From Phoronis australis (Eukaryota; Animalia; Phoronida), in NCBI GenBank assembly GCA_002633005.1, contig NMRA01000777.1, positions 99,323 through 152,442 on the forward strand: 53,120 bases of DNA, given 5' to 3'. Below are positions 26,502 to 40,090 of the stretch, piece by piece. The notes beneath the pieces are model-generated. The model searched no databases. It was not told the origin of the DNA and saw only the letters and a list, made by a program, of their open reading frames with translations. The position numbers and the translations under genes were made by a program. Numbering within the stretch: the first letter of the stretch is position 1; each line of letters begins with the position of its first letter.

Positions 26502-28925
26502 CTTGCCGTTACTAGGTCACGGGTTTTCGGCTTCCGGTTTGAGGTCGTTGTTCGAGAGGACGTTGGTATTTGAAACTTGAGACTCGATGCGATAATCTTT
26601 CAGACCACCATACCTGTGGGCGTAGTGTTAACACGATTTTATGTAAACATTTGTAAATACACGCGAAATCTATAATATCCCAGAATTATACCTTAGAAAA
26701 AAGTTACGTACAGCAACACTAGCTGGGCAAAATACAGTTCTGCATCAGTTTCGCGTAGAAGTTTGTTACCTTGACGAAAATCGTATTAAACACTGTCATC
26801 AACAACAGGCATAAAATTGCTGAATGTCGATCGCGGTTCACCTCAATGGGTACTGGGTATACTAAACAAGTGCCGTAAATGAAACAAGCAACCAACAAAA
26901 GGCCTCTACATGCAACAGCAAAATGAGACAAAGGGCGCTAAGTTGTCAATTCAGTCACGGTCTTGTCATGTTGTTCAGTCAATGGCTTGAAGACGGTTTT
27001 GTGCTATACATAGCCATTAGGCAAATTGTGATCCCTGTGCACGCAATTCCCCGATCACCAATGCTTGTCGATAATTTTGATTTTTTTTTAAAAAACGGGG
27101 TATTTTGGATTCGTAAGTTCGAGAGATGGGATTTACAAACCAATTTTTACCATTCGCCTTACAACATTTTCCAGAAGATATTACGTTGTGTTGGCAGCAT
27201 TTATTTCGGATAACCACAACGCTATGCTTCCAAGAATTCCTGTTCTAGTGGTGTGCGATCAATAGCCCGAAAGACATCACTTCAGTAGCGGACACTTTCC
27301 ACAAATTATATCCCTGGGCCTGTGGTCTAATCCTCACGAATTTGAAATTATTTTTAACGTTTTTCGTTCGACATTAGTACGAGCTCAAGATAAGAGTCCA
27401 TTATTATGAGCTCGAGTAAAGGTTGGTGTACGTGTATGACTGTGTAATCCCATTTTGCACTTGCCTACTCCAAAATTAAAGGTATAAAATCGAGGCTGGG
27501 CTCAAAATCGCGAGCTTTTACTTGAGCGTGTACATGTAGCTCGAATCTAAGGGTTATTAGCGAGAATTTGGGCTACATACCCGTTTGCGTTCGTATACTC
27601 AAGCACAGAATTATCGTCATACCAAGATCGTATTAAAGGAGAGCGGAAATTAAATATCAAAAACAATTTCAGTTCGATTTCGAGTACAAAAATTAGACCC
27701 CAGGGCCTATACCGACGACGTTTATCATTAGTTATATACCAAGTAACTTCACGTCACAAATTAGGCCTCGTCAGGGTGAGCTTGGTTAATAAATTGAGTC
27801 ACCTGTTTCATTTACTACGTACATACTCAGAGGTATATGAGAGTGCTGTCTTTCACTAGTGTGAGTATTGTCAATATCACAGATCAGCTCTAAAGCCTTC
27901 GCGTAATTCACTTTCAGGCACCAGGTAGCGTGACTGGTTCGTTCATGAGTTGTCTCACCAACAACTTGCCTCGTTTCCACCCTCTGTCATCATTCTTAGA
28001 GTGAGGCGAACATACAAGACAACGGGTTTCATTTTAGCCAATCAAAGTCGAGGTTATCCGATGTATCAGAACCAACTGAACATGTACGAATCTAGCTTTT
28101 ACAACCATAACTTGTTGAGCTTGAATTATAAATACAGTTGATGCTCAATTCTCATATGTCATTCCTTCCGACGTGTTTCGGTTTACAAACTGTGCTTCTA
28201 TTTTCGTATCTAAGTGTTTCCACGAAGGAACTGTGTACAGTTGATGAAAACACGCGCCTGGTCTAAAGTCAAAACCAAAAAGATAGAAGCAACATTTCTG
28301 CCTCCCTCCCTATAGATACTTAAATCTATAGGTATGTATTCACCCCATCCAAATTCCACCAGAAAGCGTGCGTTGTACAATTGAATTGTTTAATCCAATT
28401 TAACTTATTGTTTACAAGTTTAGTTGATATCTTATGAAGTGTCAGGCCATATCAAAAATTCGGCGGACACATAGTTTTAACTACTTAAAAATATATATTC
28501 GTCAACAGATGACTATCGACAATTAAAATTCCAATGCCCAACATTGAACTAAGAAAACCAGTAATTATGAGTAGCGCAAATTAATCAAAAACGAACAGAA
28601 CTGTGCATGAATTTAAACCATTTTTGCGACATTTACAAATTTGGAAACCCTATTGTCCAACATTTGTTCCTCAATCTTTTCGTTTTTGTTCGACAGTTGT
28701 TGGAGCCAGGTGTCACATTCCCGATATCTCCTGGTACCAGAAGCTGTTTCGCTAAGCTTGTGATCTGGGAAGGTGCGAAGGTAAATGAAGCGGTTTATAT
28801 CAGTTGCATGCATTTTTCATCCTTCGTTCACTGAATAGCGATGATCAGGATTGAATGTCTAAGGGCATCGTAAAACCATCGTCAGGCTTTCGTTCGCAAA
28901 CAATATTTGACGGATTAAGTGTTAA

Positions 28926-29394
28926 AGGAGAATGCCACCCGATTTAATTAGTCTTTTTTACCGTCTTAATCGGTCTATATCCACATCGCCTCGCATACGG
29001 TCGACCTCACCTTGCCGAGAGGTGTCGTGTTAACCCGTGAGGAAGGTGAGAAACGACGCAGCGACGTCAGTGGTTCGTCTGCAGAGTGAATGCCGCTACA
29101 TTGCGGTGCATCGTTCCCACTTGTCCGAACTATGAACCTGCGAAAAAAGCGGGCATATCGTTTTTTCGACTTCCTCGAGAGCCTGAAATGCTTAGGAACT
29201 GGATCGCGGTAGTGAAGAATGAAAGGTGCGCTGTTAATAGCAAGTATGAGGCCGTGAGACATCTCCGTGTCTGTGGCCGGCATTTAGTCGACAGTGATTT
29301 CTCTGACGAATTCCGGCTTACCAAAGAACTATCCATACAATGTTTACGTTCCATTGCCTGTGCATGTTCACGGCGCCTCTATAGTATTTCTTGA
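28926..29394 (+). mobile_element. Degenerate THAP-domain DNA transposon remnant (Kolobok-like left end)
   Basis: CIVPTC..ISFFRLP..W..LRVCGRHL is a C2CH THAP fold, with no in-frame ATG. Upstream TTAA|AGGAGAATGCCACCC resembles a Kolobok terminus. No right end found. Confidence 0.65.
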
Positions 29395-30203
29395 TCAGTG
29401 TATTCCGGTTCAAACTGATAGCCTTTGAAACCTAACGATCCGACCCGTGAAGTCTTCGTCGGATGAGCTCTTGACTAAGTCGGGATTGGCGCCGGTTGAG
29501 TTGCCATGTAGACGTTGATTATTCTGCGTTCTGTTTAAAAATGAATTATTCTCATCCTAACCAATGCTTATATGAAACTGAAACAAAGTCTGCCTCATTC
29601 GATACACTCAGGCTGATACTTTGCATCAATTTCAAGATATGGCGATAAAGATAAGACATTAGGTTATCAAGAAACTTTCTTCCTCTAATTTATTACCTAA
29701 ACGGTTACTGTTGCTAATTTGACGTACCCTCGCGATGAGTCAGGGCTGACCTCAGTAGCCGAGCGTTGCCTACGCCGGAGACTTTGCAAAGAACAGGTAA
29801 AATTAGGACAATAAATAATCAAGTTTATGTAGAAAGAACCAAAATGGGAATCAAAAACAACCAAAGTGTCAACGCATTTACGCTCACTGTGATGTCAATA
29901 CGTTTTCAAGGACAACATTTCTGGCATTCAGGAATCGTTCCTGAACTGACACACAAGAACTCAGGTCACGGAAATAGACGGGAATAGTCGATGATTTTCC
30001 GATGTCGGCCGAGGTACAAAATTGTGCTAAAAAGGCTTTTACTTTGATAACAGAAAGGATGTGAACATTATGCTATGTTACATATTACTTAATTTGGTAC
30101 ATATTTTTAAGTTTTTGAACAGGAATGCCCTTGAGATAAAGACTTTAAGCGTCCTATCTGACACAAGAGGGCAATGGAAAAAAGAGAAACATGCAAATAA
30201 TGC

Positions 30204-30277
30204 TGACGTCACAAATACTTCGCAATCTTGACGTCAGAAGGATCCCTGTGTTGGCAAATCTTGTCACTAGGATTCTG
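30204..30277 (+). promoter_or_regulatory. Twin CRE palindromes and putative non-coding first exon of the plus-strand orphan gene
   Basis: TGACGTCA at 30204-30211 and 30229-30236, followed by a consensus donor CTG|GTAAGT at 30277/30278. The next acceptor (..ttcacaaaag|) lies just before the ATG at 32223. Confidence 0.45.
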
Positions 30278-32222
30278 GTAAGTATTTAAAAGGAATCTGA
30301 GGTAAAATGTAGGTAAAGCATGAGGAGGCGGGTTTTTTGTTGTTACTGAACTTGTATACAAATAAATTAAAACGAAAGGACACATCGAATGTAATCGCTT
30401 CTTGCCCAGCTTCAGTTTGTTACGGTTATAAGGATCCTTTTACGGACTAATAGAAAAAACAAGCCGAATATTAGACAGCCGTCGTACATAGCCAGTTCAA
30501 GTACCAATAGAAGGCAAACTATATAAAAGACAGCAGTATTATCGATATTCTGCATAATATAGAGATCAACCAGTATGCTTATAAAAGCATATTCCGGGTC
30601 ACAGATTAGCAAGTTTATGTCAAGTTGTAATAAATTAATTAAAAAGATGGTGAATGAGACGTAGTAACACGCCTATAAGGATATAACAAACATTTTTGTC
30701 AGTTTTGGATTGCTTTTCGGAAAACAGTAAATATAAAGAACATACGACTCAAATAACAGTGTGGCTCAAAATTACACGCGCGTCCGTTGAAAGGAAGGCA
30801 TCTGACATGACTTGTCCTCAGCTTATAGGCTTATAGGTCAATGATCTTTCTATCTCTGGAGACAGTGCTCGCCTGAGTGACCCCAGGTGTACAGGTGTAT
30901 CATGCCAGCTTTTGCGACATGTTTGTCGTGATGAAGACGTAAAGTGTGTATTGTTATACCCTGCCTGCTCTGAACAAAGGCAGCGCCACCTTAAGTATGC
31001 TCTAGGGATTTTTAATGTCACCATGGGCGTAATTCACGCGGCATTAAAATCCAAAGCGAGGCTCACTGCGATAAACAGAGGAAGTTGACATCGCGTGAGT
31101 TAAATGGCCGGCCTTTCGAGTCCAACCTGGATATTAAATCTTAAAAATGTGTCAATAATTAACCACAGAGACGTAGAAAAATACATCAGAGAACAAGTCA
31201 ATGCACCAAAGAGTTGTCTGACGAAAGGGTATAGTTTTTTTGGAAAACTAGGTTCAAAACATGAAAAGTGAATATGACCAAACTGCGGCGATCGTAGTGT
31301 TACGGATTAGGTCATTATGCTGAATGCAGGGTTACTTTTCTTCTTGTAAATTGTTGATAAAAATGCTTTCTGCACGAATCAGGTCATGTGCTTGTATTGT
31401 TGGCGAGTTGAAGATATATTCGACAGTGGTGGCTCATCGCATTTTGCTGTCATGTGCAATTAGTCACATCTGGTTTAATTTGTTGATCAATAATATTAAC
31501 ATCAAGCATAGCTTAGGTCTTAGTGAGGTAGGGACTACCGGGACTAACAGTTGATTTGTTGTTGATCTGAAAGAATAACTGACGTTATTAAAATAAAGAA
31601 ACACGTTCGTAACTGAAAATAAAAATTATTTGATCATTTTTTAAATTAAAAAAAAATTAAAAACGAGCACAGCCCCAGAAATCGCTTTCGCATTATGTCC
31701 AGGTTCTCATTTACTCCCTTGCACACATTCACAAGTAATTATTTGACCATCAATTCTGCTTTCTTGGTTTTAATAATTCTTACGTCTATTTCATGTGTTA
31801 GCTTTCAAATACCAATCTGGACAAAGTTGAATTTTAAAATTAAAACACCTAATTCGTTCGTCCAAAGCATAACCTTCGTTTTAGAGCTCAATTTAAGTTA
31901 ACTGGACAGAGCAAGCATAGTTATCATGTTTCTTCAGGGGCCTCGTTCATCCGAGGGGAAAGGTGCCTGGGCTTTCTGAGAGGGGAGTTTTTTCGCCTGG
32001 CGGAGTGAGGGGTAAATTTACCTGCCGATCATCATCAGTAGCACCCCAGCCCTGTTGCAAGCTAACATAGGCTCTGTCTCAAGTAGTCTTTTGTGCTCTT
32101 TCAATTTTTTTCACCTGTGGGCCCAGCTCTCTACCTTTTTAAAAGTGTATATGATATTTGTAAAAATGGACACTTACAGTAACATAATATTTGTATTTAT
32201 TTTACTTTCACAAAAGACCAAA

Positions 32223-35200
32223 ATGTCGTTGCATACGGTCGATATTCCGTCGGCGTGGAAACTGCGTCAAAATGATGTGAAGTCAAAGAGGCCTACAAAG
32301 CCCTCTGAGTCACACAAAAAGAACGACCGCAGCAAGACAGCTGGCTTCAACCCTACTATTCCTGGATACATGGCAAGTACAACTGCAAAGATGGACAAAG
32401 CCAGGCCTAAGTTCGAGTTCCAAGATTTCCCGCTTAAACCAAAGAAAAACAACGTAAATTGTGTTCCACAGTCAGGAACAGCTCCGCTCGACAAAACCAG
32501 GAAAGCTTCAGACTTGGACAAACCTGGTTACATGAGACTAACTTCAGCCTGCGACGACAAACGACGCTGTAAGAGCGCTCCAGCTACATCAAAATGGCTG
32601 CCAGGCGGGCGTCATGTTGTTCACAATGGGAAGAATCTGTCAGCGTCAATCTCACCTACCAGGCGATTGTCAGGTGTGAGTAGTTCCGCGTCTTCCATGA
32701 GAAAAAGCACGTGCAGTGCAAGTAAAGACATGAGCGGTCCTCGCTACTTAGCTGCAACTAGCGCTGCCTTGATGAAGTCTCGTAACAAGGTATCGTCACC
32801 TAGTGTTCAACCAATGAAATGTGGAAGTCCAACAAAAAATCGTAATAGACAGAATGTGCAACAGACGAAACAAAGTCTCCCTCCCAGGCCAATTCAGAAA
32901 CTAAGCAGTAAAGGAAAGAGCTACATGAGTTTGACAACGATAGCTAAAATAAAAGCAGATGGGAAGCCTGTCACGCACAATTTTCTAAGGAGAGGGTCGG
33001 GCAAAGGTGCACCCATTGCGTCACCAGGTTCATCACACAACGCTCACAGCAAATCTCTATTCAGCGTACCGAACAAAAATGCCAGCAACGAAGAACCAGA
33101 CGGCGTTCAGCGAGCGTCTGTCTCAGTTCCTGAAATTCGGAATGAAAGAACGTTGCAGACAACGCATTCAAAAGCTGAAATGCGGAGCGCCTCCACACAG
33201 GCTATTATCGACGCCTGTCAAACCATCCCTGAAAAGATTGTCATCAACAGCGAAGCTGGTTCCTCTGTGACTTCAGACATTGGAAACTATAGCAGTACTG
33301 ACATAAATCTGACGAAAGACAAGATTAACTGGAGTGAGGAAAGAACTGTACAATCTACTGGTAATTGTGAAAGTGATTTATTGATTGGCTGTACAACTGA
33401 GGCAAATATTGGTTGCTTTAATGAGACTGGCAAACGAACCACGACAGACAATGGACTGTATGAGAGCAGAGACGTCGAGCATATTTCAAGAATTCTAAAC
33501 CACGAAGACCACACAGGTACCAATAATCAAAGAGACATTTCCGCAAGTGAAAATAAAGATAATTCTCAAGAAGAACTCATTGAAGTCGAGTTGCACAAAA
33601 GTGAACCCCAATGTGACCTTCTTTTACAGGCAGCTTTACAAAATGCAGACGTACAAACCCAAGAAAGCGATGATTTTGTCGGCATAATTGAGGAAAGATT
33701 GGCTTACTCGTGTAAACTCGCAAAACCAAAACTGGAGACTATTGAAGAAGAACACAGTAGTGCTATGAACTCGGAGCAACCTCAAAAACAGGATTACCAC
33801 ATTGACATAATTGTTTACGATGAGGACAACAAAATTTTATACGACTCTCGCACCGACCCCTCTGACGATTTCACAAAACCACAAGCAATAAAATCGACCA
33901 ATGATTCGTCAGAGCGTGTACGCATAAACCATGGTATTAACTCTTTTCTGCCAGTTAATTCCAATATCGAAAAGGATGCCACGAAACTTTCACCTCCGAT
34001 CAGTGAAGTTAGCGGTAATGTCAAAGCAAATATCTATCACATTGATCTCATGATGCAACAAATTCCTGATGGTGAATCCAAAATAAGTGAAGCTGCCGAC
34101 ACAGCAAGAAACGTGCAGACACCTGCTGTCGCAGATGGGGAGTCGTTATCTGTCTCCAAACGTGCTAGTGTTATTGTTGATTATGTTTTAAAACGTGTCA
34201 GTGAATCTCTTTGTGTAGAAAACAAATCTGCTGTTGAATGTTATCCTGTAGACGAGGAGGGAGAAGTATCGCCGACAGACAAAGCCTCGACAGAACAGAT
34301 GGAGAAACAACACAAGGAAGAACGTCATGAATTGTTGGACGAAGGTCTTGGTGATAGAACGAAGGATGGCAAAAACGTGACTGCAACTACAGAACCCGAT
34401 GACGGGTCAGGAGGAAATCCCGACCTCGGTGCAGAAATGGAGCAACTGTTGTTTGGAACAGCTTGCGCAAACACAGATACCGGGACGTTGGGGATAGACA
34501 AAGAACTGCCCGAACACAGTGAAGCCCATGGAGATACGTTCAGAGACGATAACGGGAACCAGGCGAGTAAGACTGAGCGCACAAAGAAACAAGTCGAGTC
34601 TAATCAGGAGACCGATTGTAAGTACTATATTTCCTTTGACAAACATGGTCTAATATAGACGAAATCAACTTAAATCTAGAGGTCCTGATGAACAAGTTAT
34701 TACGTTTACAGAAATCATGCTTTGTGTTGAGAGACTACTAGTACATTGCAATTTAAAAGCTGGTTGACATTTCAGAAGTCACAATAATTTTAAAGGGATA
34801 TATCTTTTGAAAATGCGTATTTAATCGTAAATGATTTCAGACAGTTCTTCTTGATGCCAGAAACTAACATCTTTCGATATAAAGGAAGTTCTGAGACGAG
34901 ATTCTCGATCTGGATATTTTATCTTTTCCATGCTGAGGTCGTTTATACGTGTAGAAGAGGATGCCCCTTTAGCAAATGTGCCTCATTCTATCGATTAGGT
35001 ACGCGAAAGCCTGCAATTTTTTAACATTCATTCCACTAGCCACCTCATCCTATGACGACCCGCGAAAGGCAGACATCACTGTGATGTCCACGAGCGCCGA
35101 CTCCAGGATACCAGTGCCATCGAAGACCTCTGGAAAAGTAAAACGACAACCAGTGCAAGCGCAGCGAAAGGCAAAATCCTTAAGTATAGTGTCCACGTAT

Positions 35201-37781
35201 CAACTTAAACAGAATAACGTGTTCTATTACTATTCATTAGCTTTGACTAGAATCCACCAACCAAAGCGATTTACATTAAGTTGGTTTTTCCATGCACGAC
35301 ACAACTTATGATACACGTCATATCGAGTTTTCATTGAATGCCTCAGAAACGTTTATGAAGCATGCGTGTTCTTTACGCAGTTTTCTCTCATGAACAATTT
35401 TGGCCACTTCGAAGTAAAGTATTTCTTTTCCAAAAATATTCCTGCTCGGGTATTTAATTTTCCTTGCATGCGCAAGCAGGTTTCTCTTACACCGCTACAT
35501 GCCTTAAACTGTGCGTTTTTTGTGTTTTCATTAGTTCTTATTATCTTTTTAAATTTAATTGCCTAATTTTGAAGTCACGACGAATATTGGCGGAGCTTCA
35601 CATACAGGCGTATGGGAGGAGCATTCCGGAGTCGCGCATAATGCTCGTAACCAGTGCGGAAAAATCCAACAAATGATACATTTCCTGCAGCATGGCAAAC
35701 CTCGGTAGTGTTGCCAATTTGGCGGAATTGGCCATAAATGATGGTAGCGCATTGTACAAACTTTCCAAATGAAGCATTTCTCTCAGAGAGCGGTAAAGAG
35801 TATGCGATTATTGGTCTCAAAGACGAAACAACATTTGGTGAAAAATACACACTCTTACTTTTGAACACATCACCTTATTCTTCAAGGCTGACTTTAACGT
35901 TGCATTGCATGTATGTGTTACAGGAAAACAGAAACGTAGTCGGTGATGTGTGGGCGGTGACAAACGTAAGTTCCACCTATGACAACTTTTAGGTCAAAAC
36001 GTCATCGTTCGTAAGTTGAGGGTGTCACTTGATTACCATGGATGCGTTCCGTAGGGAAGGTTTGTGGCGAGTTTGGCGAGATCACGCCAAATCCTGCGAA
36101 TGAAAGGCGAGTGACGGTCAGTTAGTCACAAACCCACGCTTTTAGCATTTGAGATTGGTGTAGATATCTGACATCTGGTCATAGGTTGGTCAACATCAAA
36201 CACGGAAATAAACTTTGTGATCACCATGAACACTGCTTAGACGTAACTCGAACTTGGGACTTTTTAGTTACAGTACAGCTGTACATATACTTTTCAAATT
36301 TCATAAAGTCATCCAAAAAGCATCATCATACAATTAACATCATTGATCAGCAACGGAATAAATATTTTTCTAATAAAAATTACAAAAAGTGGAAGAAATA
36401 ATAGATAGTTCGAAATGTTAAAATACAAATGCAAATGAAAACGGAGTTCTGTTTGGTAAACTCTGACCCAATAGCCTCATTTTCGATACCTACACCAGAA
36501 TTGAATTTGATAGTGTCAGTTCTCGAGTAAGTTCGCGACCACCGACTAGCAAAAAGAGCGCCACCTGGTTGGCGAGATTGGAACATTGGTTATATATGAT
36601 CCTAGAAGCATTCCATATTAACCAAAGTTCGGAACATTATACCTAAGAAATGACTGCTCGTATTCATACGAAACTTTCAAATACTATGCATTGTGCATTT
36701 CAAAACTCTGTTGAATATTGTTCTTGAAATGTTTCACATTTACACGAGAAGGTATCAAAAATACTCAAAAGTTGCATAAGAGGAAAGCGAAATTTTCATT
36801 TGGAAAACAAAAACAAGGTTTACAAGATTCCACTTTGATATTAAACAAAATTTTGTCATGACATCGATACCATTGTTTTGCTAAACATTTATATTTCTTT
36901 TCTGTTAAATTTTACTAAAAAGATGTGGTCACGTGAACCAATTAGTGAGAGTTGAGTAAAAAGCCAAAAGTCGAAATCTGTCTACAGGCTTTCAACTTCT
37001 AGAATATGTACACCGTGGCTTTTACTGAGTTAACATCTGTAGCTTTGTTGGTGTGTGGCTTAATACACTGACTTCGATTACCTACACAACCTTTTAAGCC
37101 AAGATTTCTTGTCGCACCTGTTTCGCGTGTATTTTATTTCGCACGGAACGCGCCCAGTGCAGGCATTTCTATAAGTAGGACATTTTCTGCACTATAGCGC
37201 CACATAGTGAAATTCGGGGTGGGTCACGCGTGTGACCAGATGTAAGGGGTACCTCGTATTATTTCGTTACAGTAATACAGTAAACACGAGCAAGGTGGTT
37301 CTAACCCCCAGAGGACTTAGTTGGACTCGAAGTAATTCACCATGCTCCTTCACAACATATTTTAGGTTAGTTCTCAAAAAGCTAAGCGTTAAAACCCATA
37401 AGTTTAAACAATTATGGCACAGTTATTCAAAATGTCTGTTCTTGCTTGCAGGTCCAGCTAGACAGGCGGATTCCTTTCAATAGCGGCTTATCATCCTTTC
37501 AAAATAGATTCAGCGACAAAAGAAACCGTTTGAAGCACATTCCATCGGTTGAGGCCCCCAGTTTCATCAGTTCTCTCAGATTGGCTAATTTCGCACGCAA
37601 GACTGAATACTGGCAGGATGCAATTGACTTGTGTCTGAAAGATTTTGACAGAAATGGCAACCTTCGTCGGCACGAGCACCCTATCGAGTATACCCGTAGC
37701 CGGCTTATTCCGTTAATCCTCCTCGCCGTTTTAACTATTTGCATTGGTGTTGCCAATTTAGTTCCCATTGAGCAGCTGTAG
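32223..37781 (+). CDS. Uncharacterised, largely disordered protein with YM/L-x-x-T repeats, SxIP motif and C-terminal transmembrane anchor (~954 aa)
   Basis: Large exon 32223-34617 (GAT T|gtaagt), then 35040-35137 (ctag|, AAA|gtaaaa), 35924-35965 (ttacag|, |gtaagt) and 37452-37781 (ttgcag|..TAG) join in frame. The large exon is secure. The donor of exon 2 is uncertain (alternative at 35183). Confidence 0.7.
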
Positions 37782-40090
37782 AAGCCGCGTTTACCTTAAC
37801 TTGCTTTCGATTACACGGCATCTTTAACTCTTGTGAATAGGCATTACGAAAGATTGTGTCAAATACAAGCAAACTTTGGAACTACTTGTTTGAGTTATAT
37901 TTGAGAATGTTCCAAATGTATTTCCACTCATGCAACGTGAACAGATGTTTCGTTGAAACTTTATACATTGTAACGATTACGTCTCGAACATTAGAATCTT
38001 ATCTTAAATATTTATGCGTTGCTAAGTTAGTTGTCATTGTCGGGCTGCACGATTAACTTAGTTGCAATCACATCACAGATGTCTCGGAAAAGATGTGCAC
38101 ATCGGAGTGTGTGTTTATGAACTGCTATTTCCCTGTTTTTATTGCGGACTGCACCATCAAAAGGTAATTTGGATAACATAAACTTTCACTATGACCGCGG
38201 AGGGACCATTTGGAACACATCGGGTATTTGCGTAGCCCCAAATTTCTCCTCACCGGGGAACGTTGGCTGAGCATGCGCGAACTTCACTTGTGCGGCCAAT
38301 AATTATCCAGTGTTAAAGTAACACGACTTGCTCTATAACTGCGCAGATGTCGTTCACCTGTAAAAGGAAATTTGAGTTCATACTAAAATACACGAAGTGT
38401 TTTGGGTGTCTCGAGCGACTACCGTGAATGTTCTTTGACTGAGTGCCCAGCATCTCTCAAGTCATAACACGATTCTCGTTCAGTTCTCGTGCACGCACTC
38501 GTATGCGCAATTTTACAAAAGTTTCCCGCTAATCACTCGTCAAGACGCAATGGTTAGACAATGATGTTATCAAAATAATCGAAACGATTGTAACCAACCT
38601 GATGGCTTATCACTTCTACAGACGGCCGTATAGAAACTGTATTTCACAAACGGCGCGGAGAACCACTCACCGGGAAGACTAGAAGTGTCGTTAAACATAG
38701 AAAGGCTCATGTAGCAAAAGTAGGCTAAGGTTCATTATCTTGACTGTGTAAAGGGAATCGGTGGAGCGACCAGCACCGATCTACTTAGTTTCTAAAATGT
38801 CGACTATTCGTAGCTGATAAGAATATTTGCAGCGTTGTGTACTCAGTTTTCACTCGTTCGAAACGCATCCGAGAGAACCATGGTGACAACTTATAGAGAG
38901 AGAAGTAAGACAGAGGAAGACATATAATGAGTTTATTGTGCGCTTAATATAAAATACAAATCTACAAACTTACAACATTAGCTTCCGTCGTCACTGCACC
39001 CTCACTTACGGCTCCCAAATCGCCTAAGTTAGGACCCAAAGTCGAGTAGTGAAAAATTTGTAAAAGCTAAAAAGTTGAGAACTCGAGACTCTTACCGGAG
39101 TTAAAAAAAGTTGAGATTCTTACCACATAGAAACGAGACCCGGTAGAATTCGAAGCTAGAGCGTGTGGGGCCCATTTTTATAGGCGTATTCGCACCGCAA
39201 ATGTTCCAAATTACGCTAAAATAGGGGACTCAAGTTAAATGTAAAAAGCAATCAAAATACAGCTAAAAATTTCGTCATCGGAAGTACCAAATAAGGGAAT
39301 GGACCAACAAACACCCCTTTCAAATGTAGGTCACTCTAGCTTCTGGAAGTAAACAGTCTTAACTGAGGACTCGACTTAAGTCACGACTCCATCAATAGAC
39401 GGCGCTCCGTCACAACTGTAATGAAGGGCAAGAGTGGGTGACGATACGGGCTGAGTGCGACAATGTAGGGACACTTACTGTAGTCCGGGCACCAAAGGAC
39501 GGTGTGTACGTTGGCGGCATATGTTGTTGCACCTGGCACATGTTGTCACCCCTTGTAGGGCGACAATATGTGTCGAATGCAACAAAGTCTTACCCGGCTG
39601 ACCGGCGCAAAAGCCGGCGAAGTCAATAAAGTGCGGCTACTAAAAAACTAAAAGGCAAATCATTCGGTTTCTTATGAACTCATAAGTGCACTCTTCACGT
39701 CATGGGCGTGTATTCGAAGACCTTGAGACAAGTCGTTGTGTTTCTAACGTTATCAGTCAATATTTCATTTCGTGAACAAATACGTTGAATTTCAAATAGG
39801 AACGTTGCTTCTAAGGTACTTGTTTGAGTCGAGCAGACATTTGTGAATGCAGTATGACGTCTCAATAGGCTGGCGTTGTCTTAGAAGGGACAGAAAGGAT
39901 ATGATATATCTTTGCGTACAACGCTTCGTTTGCTGCTATAGGATCTACTCTAACAATGCAATCAAAACACGCCTGTCTGACTTTCAACCCTGGCTTTTTC
40001 CTGGTGCCCGAGTGTGTTAACCTAGTTTTTAACGATAACAGCTTTTTTGACCTCAGCTGACATAATAACCTTCAAAACTGAGACACAAGC

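Noticed and set aside
28613-28813. 66-aa minus-strand ORF (MHATDINRF..)
   Set aside because: No recognisable domain and no convincing splice partners; possibly a transposon fragment.
32055-32222. N-terminal 56 aa of the 867-aa ORF
   Set aside because: Non-ATG start, and an AT/pyrimidine-rich tract ending in a splice acceptor, so it is intronic. The likely start is ATG 32223.
37704-37781. Possible KASH domain
   Set aside because: The post-TM tail is very short and lacks the terminal PPPX motif.
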